The translations under genes were made by a program, and so were the position numbers. DNA of 64,000 nucleotides from Vulcanimicrobiota bacterium (GTDB lineage: Bacteria > Vulcanimicrobiota > Vulcanimicrobiia > Vulcanimicrobiales > Vulcanimicrobiaceae). Under the pieces are notes generated by a model. The model made no database searches and was not told the DNA's origin. It saw only the letters and a list, made by a program, of their open reading frames with translations. The stretch spans positions 32,001-96,000 of the forward strand of contig CAWAXX010000017.1 in the NCBI GenBank assembly GCA_963786105.1, in the 5' to 3' direction. Below, in pieces: positions 58,693-64,000 of the stretch. Numbering within the stretch: the first letter of the stretch is position 1; every line of letters starts with the position of its first letter.

Positions 58693-59685
58693 ATGAGAAA
58701 TCGAGGCTCTCGTCGCCGCGTACTATGCATTGGCGCGCTCGCCGCGTTGCTCGCCGGCTGTGCCGCTCCGCAAAGTCAGACCTCGCTGCCTCCGGCGTCC
58801 GCGCTTGGACCGCTGCACGCCGCCCATTCGGGGCGTGCTGCCTCGTGGATGAATCCGGAAGCAATGAAAACCAACCTTCTTTACGTATCCGACGATCAAG
58901 GCACCGTCGACGTTTTTTCGTATCCGGACGGCAAACGAGAGGGGACGCTGACGGGCTTCAGCGGGCCCTCCGGCCTCTGCTCCGACCCGAAGGGCGACGT
59001 CTTCGTTACCGATACAGGGAATGGAGACATCGTCGAATACGCACACGGTGCGACGGAACCCGTCGCGACGCTGTTTGAGTTCGGCGTCTATCCCGAGGGC
59101 TGTTCGATCGACCGTACGACCGGGAATCTAGCCGTTACGAACTTTGGCAGTAATCCCAGCGGCGCGGGCAGCGTAGCCATTTTCGATCACGCGCAAGGTG
59201 CCGCACATCTGTATACCGATCCGAACTTTAACGTGTATTTGTTCTGTGGCTATGACAACGCTGGGAACCTCTACATCGACGGTGCGGACTCGGGGACGAC
59301 CCAGGCGCTATTCGCGGTCCTCCCTGCGGGCGGCACTTCGTTTACCGACCTGGCCTTAAATCAGAGTATCGGATATCCGGGCGGCATTCAGTGGGACGGC
59401 AAGAACTTGGCGATTGAAGACGTGTCCACCGATACGCTTTACCGCGTGAAAGTGTCGGGTTCGAGCGGAAGCGTCGTGGGCACGACCCATCTGAGCGCTC
59501 GGAGTCACCTCGTCGTCCAATTCTGGATACAAGGCCGAACCATCGTCGTACCCTACGGGACGTTGAATCGCGAAGTCAAGAAAGTTGGTTTTTGGCCATA
59601 TCCGGCGGGCGGATCTCCGTCGAAAAGTATCGGTGTCCGCAAGGCGGCGGAACTCATTGGTGCGACCGTGAGCCTTGCGAAGTAG
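58693..59685 (+). CDS. beta-propeller lipoprotein B (paralog of A)
   Basis: LAGC; LLYVSD, CSIDRTTGNLAV, FCGYD, QWDG, YPAGGSP. Confidence 0.8.
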   Translation: MRNRGSRRRVLCIGALAALLAGCAAPQSQTSLPPASALGPLHAAHSGRAASWMNPEAMKTNLLYVSDDQGTVDVFSYPDGKREGTLTGFSGPSGLCSDPKGDVFVTDTGNGDIVEYAHGATEPVATLFEFGVYPEGCSIDRTTGNLAVTNFGSNPSGAGSVAIFDHAQGAAHLYTDPNFNVYLFCGYDNAGNLYIDGADSGTTQALFAVLPAGGTSFTDLALNQSIGYPGGIQWDGKNLAIEDVSTDTLYRVKVSGSSGSVVGTTHLSARSHLVVQFWIQGRTIVVPYGTLNREVKKVGFWPYPAGGSPSKSIGVRKAAELIGATVSLAK

Positions 59686-59714
59686 CGTGGCTCGCCGGCG
59701 CCTTTGCGATTTTG

Positions 59715-59759
59715 TGTCATCCTGAACGGAGCGCCGAAGGCGCGCCGTCGAAGGACGGC
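59715..59759 (+). repeat. REP-like palindromic element, copy 2
   Basis: TGTCATCCTGAACGGAGCGCCGAAGGCGCGCCGTCGAAGGACGGC. Confidence 0.7.
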
Positions 59760-59785
59760 GACGGCGCGATTCGATCCATTTTGTG

Positions 59786-60027
59786 TCATCCAATGACCGT
59801 GACGCCCGTGAACGTCCCGGAAGCATTGTTGGCGACCATTACTTGAGGCGGAACGGTGGCCCGCGATTTGCGCAATCGCGGTTTCTCGCCGCGACGTCTG
59901 GATGCGAATATGCCGAACCCGGCAACTCGGCGGCTTGCCGGATGGGGTTCGTCGGGATGGCCGAAGCGCAGCCCGCAACCAAGCTCGCAAGGCAGAGTGC
60001 AGTGCAACGCGCAAAGGAACACGCCAT
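59786..60027 (-). pseudogene. truncated lipoprotein remnant
   Basis: MACSFARCTALCLASLVAGC lipobox leader, then frameshift into PPQVMVANNASGTFTGVTVIG*. Confidence 0.35.
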
Positions 60028-60062
60028 GAGCACACTTTTAAACTTCGGATTCTGAATCACCG

Positions 60063-61664
60063 ATGAGGATCGCCGCGTTTCTGTGTGGCTGCGCGATGTT
60101 TTTTGCGGCCTGCTCGAAAGCCGGCATTCCAACGCAATCGAACCGCGCCACACTCATCGTCGCCGTCCCGGCCGAACCCGTGTCGCTGAACCCCCTGTAC
60201 CTTGAAGGAGAACTTGGCTACGTCGTGAGCGAGCTCGGGTATTCGTACTTGACCAACTACGACGCGCACGGAAACGTCGTTCCCGACCTCGCAAGCCAGG
60301 TGCCGACGCTCCGAAACGGCGGTGTCTCCCACGACGGCACGCGCATCACGTATCGATTGCGCCGCGGCGTGCGCTGGGCAGACGGCACTGCGCTGACCTC
60401 CCGCGACGTCGCTTTCACCTACCGAGCCATTATGAGTCCCGCCAACAACATTCCGTCGCGGTATGGCTACGATCAAGTCGCCGGGATCGAAGTACCGGAC
60501 GAACGCACCGTCGTCGTACGGCTGAGACGCGCGTACTCGCCGATCGTTTCGTACTTCTTCGGCGGCGACAGCAACTACCCAGTCTTGCCGGCGCATCTCC
60601 TGGCGCGTCTTCCTAACCTCAACCACGCGACGTTCAACGACGCTCCGGTCGGCTCGGGGCCGTACGCCTTCGCGCGATGGTCGCGCGGCGACTACATCAC
60701 GGCAAGCGCGAACCCGTCGTATTTCGCGGGAAGGCCGGCGATCGACCGCATCACCCTGCGGTTTTTGCACGACTCGTCGACCACGGTCGCACAGTTGACG
60801 ACGCGCGAGGTCGACGCAACGTTTTTTGCCGACGTTACCAGGATCGCCACGCTGCGCGAGATCCCCGATCATCGCATCGTGGTGACGCCGGTACCGTACT
60901 TCTACGCACTCCTTTTCAACATCACCGATCCGCTCGCCGGCGACGGCGCCGTACGCCGTGCCTTCGCCCGCGCGATCGACCGCCGGGCACTGGTCGCGAA
61001 GATGACCCACGGGCTTTACGACGCCGACACCGGCATGCGCGGTCTCTTCACGTGGGCGTTCGATCCGCATCTAGGCAACCTGCCGTACGATCCCCGCGCC
61101 GCCGAAAGGGCGCTCGCGAGCGACGGATGGATTCCGGGTCCGGACGGAATTCGCATCAAGGGTGGCCGGCGGCTCGAGTTGGAGATCGCGCTTCGGACGG
61201 GCATGGAAATCGACGCCGGATTCGCAACTTTGATCGCGGCGCAAGAACGCGCGGTCGGGATCGATGTTACGCTGAAGCAGTATGCTCGCGAGCAATTCCT
61301 CGCACTCGGCGGCCCGATAACACAAGGACGCTATCAGGTAGCCCTGTACGGCTACCAGTCCAGTTACGATCCGGACGTTTCGTGGCTGCTCGCGTGCAGT
61401 CAACGCGGCCCGCACGGTTTTAACGACGCGCGCTACTGCAATACGGCGGTGGACCGGGCGCTTCGTGAGGCATCGTCGTCGTTCGACCGGGCGACGCGCT
61501 CGCGCGACTACCGCTTCGTTCAGCGGCAGGTCTTGACCGATGTGCCCTACGATTTTCTATGCCAGATCTCCGAAGTCGACGTAATCCCCTCGATCCTGAT
61601 GGGCTACGATCCACCGCTGCTCTCACCGTTTAGAACGGTCGCGCGCTGGCACTTTCGCCCTTAA
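60063..61664 (+). CDS. peptide ABC transporter substrate-binding lipoprotein (family 5)
   Basis: FAAC; PVSLNP, VPDLA, YRLRRGVRWADG...DVAFT, PVGSGPY. Confidence 0.9.
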   Translation: MRIAAFLCGCAMFFAACSKAGIPTQSNRATLIVAVPAEPVSLNPLYLEGELGYVVSELGYSYLTNYDAHGNVVPDLASQVPTLRNGGVSHDGTRITYRLRRGVRWADGTALTSRDVAFTYRAIMSPANNIPSRYGYDQVAGIEVPDERTVVVRLRRAYSPIVSYFFGGDSNYPVLPAHLLARLPNLNHATFNDAPVGSGPYAFARWSRGDYITASANPSYFAGRPAIDRITLRFLHDSSTTVAQLTTREVDATFFADVTRIATLREIPDHRIVVTPVPYFYALLFNITDPLAGDGAVRRAFARAIDRRALVAKMTHGLYDADTGMRGLFTWAFDPHLGNLPYDPRAAERALASDGWIPGPDGIRIKGGRRLELEIALRTGMEIDAGFATLIAAQERAVGIDVTLKQYAREQFLALGGPITQGRYQVALYGYQSSYDPDVSWLLACSQRGPHGFNDARYCNTAVDRALREASSSFDRATRSRDYRFVQRQVLTDVPYDFLCQISEVDVIPSILMGYDPPLLSPFRTVARWHFRP

Positions 61665-61867
61665 AATAGGGCGCCGAAAGTCGCACCAGCAGTTCGTTCG
61701 ATTCGAACGTGCGCGCGTTGCCTTATGCCGAACGAATCCACGCTCTCGCGTAAAAAATCGCGCGAGTCGATTCGCACCGGAACGAAACACGCTGCAACCG
61801 AAAAGCGTAGTACCGTGTTGGAAATACTAAAAGAGCTAAAGCTTAAATACAGAGGAAAGGAGAGAAA

Positions 61868-62029
61868 ATGGGTTTCCATAATGGAGTACCGATCACGGTC
61901 GTCAGCGGAATTCAGAGTATGCCGACGCCGACGGAATCCACGTCCCGGCGTCGCGCAGAAGAAGACGCGCGGTTCGACGACACCAACGCAGCCAAGCTCT
62001 CGGGTTGCCGAATTCATCAACCGCGCTAG
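61868..62029 (+). CDS. putative 53-aa small protein (not in ORF track)
   Basis: GAGGAAAGGAG SD-like run 5 nt before ATG; followed by CGCTAGCTC/GAGCTAGCG hairpin. Confidence 0.4.
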   Translation: MGFHNGVPITVVSGIQSMPTPTESTSRRRAEEDARFDDTNAAKLSGCRIHQPR

Positions 62030-62093
62030 CTCGGCCTAGAGAAGAGCTAGCGAGCAAGCACCCGGCCCGGTTTTGGGAATATGCCGGACTACC

Positions 62094-63398
62094 ATGCAGC
62101 TCGCAGCGGTCATTTTGAGCCTTGCGCTTGCCGCGATCCCCGTCGCCTCGAGAGTAACCACCTCCGGGCCGCTTCCGCGGATCGGCGTCAGGGCGGGCAC
62201 CCCCCGCGCGGAGTTTTACAACGTCGCCACCGGTGCGCGATTTTCCCCGGGCGGCTTCAACTACACGATTCTAGATCGGGCGTCTAACCGGCGGACGGCT
62301 CCGTCGAGGCCGACGTACGCGCACGTAACGCTCGACCCGGGATTTTACGATCCCCAGGGCATCGACGGCGTGCTCGCTTCGATGCACGACAATGGCTTCA
62401 CCGTCGTTCGCGTCATTCTCGACAGCGGTGACAGCGTGCATCAAGACCGGGGCCAATACGGGATAGCCGGGCCGGCCGACAGCCAAGGTCTCTACAAGCC
62501 TTACGTCGACAACTTCGTCGATTTCTTGCGGCGTGCCCGGAGTCACAACATGCACGTTATGGTGGCGTTGCACGCTTTTCCGGAAAACCGCGGCTTCAAG
62601 AGCATCGCGGAATCCGGCCGGCTCGCGAACGTTACCGGCATCAACCAGTACTATTTTTCGCCGGGCGGCATTCGCGCAAAGGTCGCCTACGCGCGGGAGC
62701 TGGTCCACGACGTGGCTTCCATCGAAGCGGGATCGCTGCTGAGCACGGTCTTCGCGTGGGAGATTCAAGTCGAAATATTCGTAAACGACGCGTGGGAACC
62801 GTTCTCGCTTCATTCGGGAACGGTCACGACGGCCGACGGCCGAAGTTACGACATGGGCAACGCCGCATCGCGACAACAGTGCATGGATGCGAACTTAGTC
62901 AATTGGGCAAACCAGGTGTCCGCGGCAATCCGCTCGCAAGATCCGCAGGCACTGGTGACCGCTGGGTCCGCGACGTACAATGCCGTCCACAAAAGCGGAC
63001 CAAACGGCTTGATTCGGACGTCCGACAGCGATTCGCGCTATCCCCCACGCCCGCTCGTGTTCGCGCGCAGCCGGGCGCTGTCGTTTATCGACGTCCACGC
63101 TTACCCTCGAAGCTACCCGGGCTATTCGCTTGAGGGGGACCTCGACTCGAACGAGTTTCGCAACTGGGATCTGCGCGCCACGCCGGTCGTTCTGGGCGAG
63201 TTCGGCGCCAGCCAGAAGCAGTTTCCGACGATAGACTCAGCCATCGCAGCGCTCCGCCGGCAACAGCAGGAAGCGTTGCGTTTGGGAATCGCCGGAACGG
63301 TCTACTGGACGTGGAACACGCTGCCCGACAATAATAAATGGTGGAGCGCCGTCGAAGACGACGGGGCCATTTTGAAGGCCCTTCTGCGTCCGCAGTAA
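62094..63398 (+). CDS. secreted GH5/clan GH-A-like glycoside hydrolase
   Basis: GFNY, GFTVVRV, FAWEIQVE, FIDVHAY, VVLGEFG, YWTW. Confidence 0.7.
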   Translation: MQLAAVILSLALAAIPVASRVTTSGPLPRIGVRAGTPRAEFYNVATGARFSPGGFNYTILDRASNRRTAPSRPTYAHVTLDPGFYDPQGIDGVLASMHDNGFTVVRVILDSGDSVHQDRGQYGIAGPADSQGLYKPYVDNFVDFLRRARSHNMHVMVALHAFPENRGFKSIAESGRLANVTGINQYYFSPGGIRAKVAYARELVHDVASIEAGSLLSTVFAWEIQVEIFVNDAWEPFSLHSGTVTTADGRSYDMGNAASRQQCMDANLVNWANQVSAAIRSQDPQALVTAGSATYNAVHKSGPNGLIRTSDSDSRYPPRPLVFARSRALSFIDVHAYPRSYPGYSLEGDLDSNEFRNWDLRATPVVLGEFGASQKQFPTIDSAIAALRRQQQEALRLGIAGTVYWTWNTLPDNNKWWSAVEDDGAILKALLRPQ

Positions 63399-63465
63399 CC
63401 GCGCAGGACCGCCGCCGCACTGGTGGGACGAGGAGGTCCCCAACCGCCGGCCAAACGCCTACCCC

Positions 63466-64000
63466 ATGAAAACGATTGCGCCGATGTCTTTTGACCTGCA
63501 AGTCCGATCAATCATCGACGAGTGGCACTTGCTGCGCCACCCTTTTTACGTTGCCTGGTCGAAGGGCGAACTATCCCGCGCACAGCTCAAACGGTATGCC
63601 GGCCAGTACATGCATCACGTGCTGGCAGAGCCGACGTACCTTAGCGCCGTGCACTCGAACACGCCGCACTTCGATGGTGACGGCAAAAGCGACCTCGGCC
63701 CGCGGCAGACCATCCTGCAAAACCTCATCGACGAAGAGTACGGACCGAACAATCACCCGGCACTGTGGAAACGCTTCGCAAAGGCCCTCGGGCTTTCCGA
63801 GGAGGACCTCGCGGCCGCCGCGCCCCTGACGGCTACCCAACAGCTCGTGGGCACGTTTACGGGGTTGTGCCGCAATCGCCCCTACTACGCCGGCTTGGCA
63901 GCGCTCCACGCATTCGAATCACAAGTGCCGGCGATCGCGGCCGTCAAGGTCGAAGGACTGAAGCGCCATTACGGCTTCATGGATGCGGGCGATTACGAGT
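63466..64000 (+). CDS. CADD/PqqC-like heme-oxygenase-fold diiron protein (runs off the window; not in ORF track)
   Basis: LLRHPFYVAWSKGEL, YAGQY.HHV..EPTYLS, NLIDEE...NHPALW, AALHAFESQVP. Confidence 0.85.
   Translation, partial: MKTIAPMSFDLQVRSIIDEWHLLRHPFYVAWSKGELSRAQLKRYAGQYMHHVLAEPTYLSAVHSNTPHFDGDGKSDLGPRQTILQNLIDEEYGPNNHPALWKRFAKALGLSEEDLAAAAPLTATQQLVGTFTGLCRNRPYYAGLAALHAFESQVPAIAAVKVEGLKRHYGFMDAGDYE

Noticed and set aside
59845..59975. Structured ncRNA upstream of the ABC binding protein
   Set aside because: Short hairpins are present but match no family I recognise, and the region is better explained as a decayed lipoprotein gene.
1..64000. CRISPR array, cas genes or rRNA
   Set aside because: No regularly spaced repeats or cas/rRNA motifs were seen; the repeats at 25.4-26.3 kb are protein-coding propeller blades.

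Overview
GC-rich bacterial chromosome segment. The gene content (Firmicutes-like cysS-rlmB-sigH order, a TonB-dependent receptor, many lipoproteins, tandem phosphoesterases) suggests a diderm Terrabacteria lineage such as Ca. Eremiobacterota/Vulcanimicrobiota; this is inference. A housekeeping block (cysS, rlmB, CYTH-like gene, two short chromate transporters, sigH) is followed by a dispersed Thr(UGU)-Tyr(GUA)-Gly(UCC)...Thr(GGU) tRNA set with accessory DNA between and after the genes. Main observations: (1) a tRNA-Thr(UGU) built on a class II, tRNA-Tyr-like body with a long variable arm; (2) an intron-free I-Ssp6803I-like PD-(D/E)XK endonuclease gene whose stop codon lies inside tRNA-Thr(GGU); (3) a decayed, apparently tandem integrative element at that tRNA with core repeats and TGGGTGACG arm-type sites; (4) a candidate TonB-receptor/S9 peptidase/cyanophycinase/asparaginase II/circularly permuted D-amino-acid oxidase scavenging locus next to a LuxR-ATPase regulator; (5) three tandem phosphoesterases and a multicopper oxidase flanked by beta-propeller lipoproteins. 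Clustered frameshifts at about 41.5-43.0 kb look like sequencing indels. No CRISPR array or rRNA was seen. All calls come from reading motifs by eye; no database searches were run.
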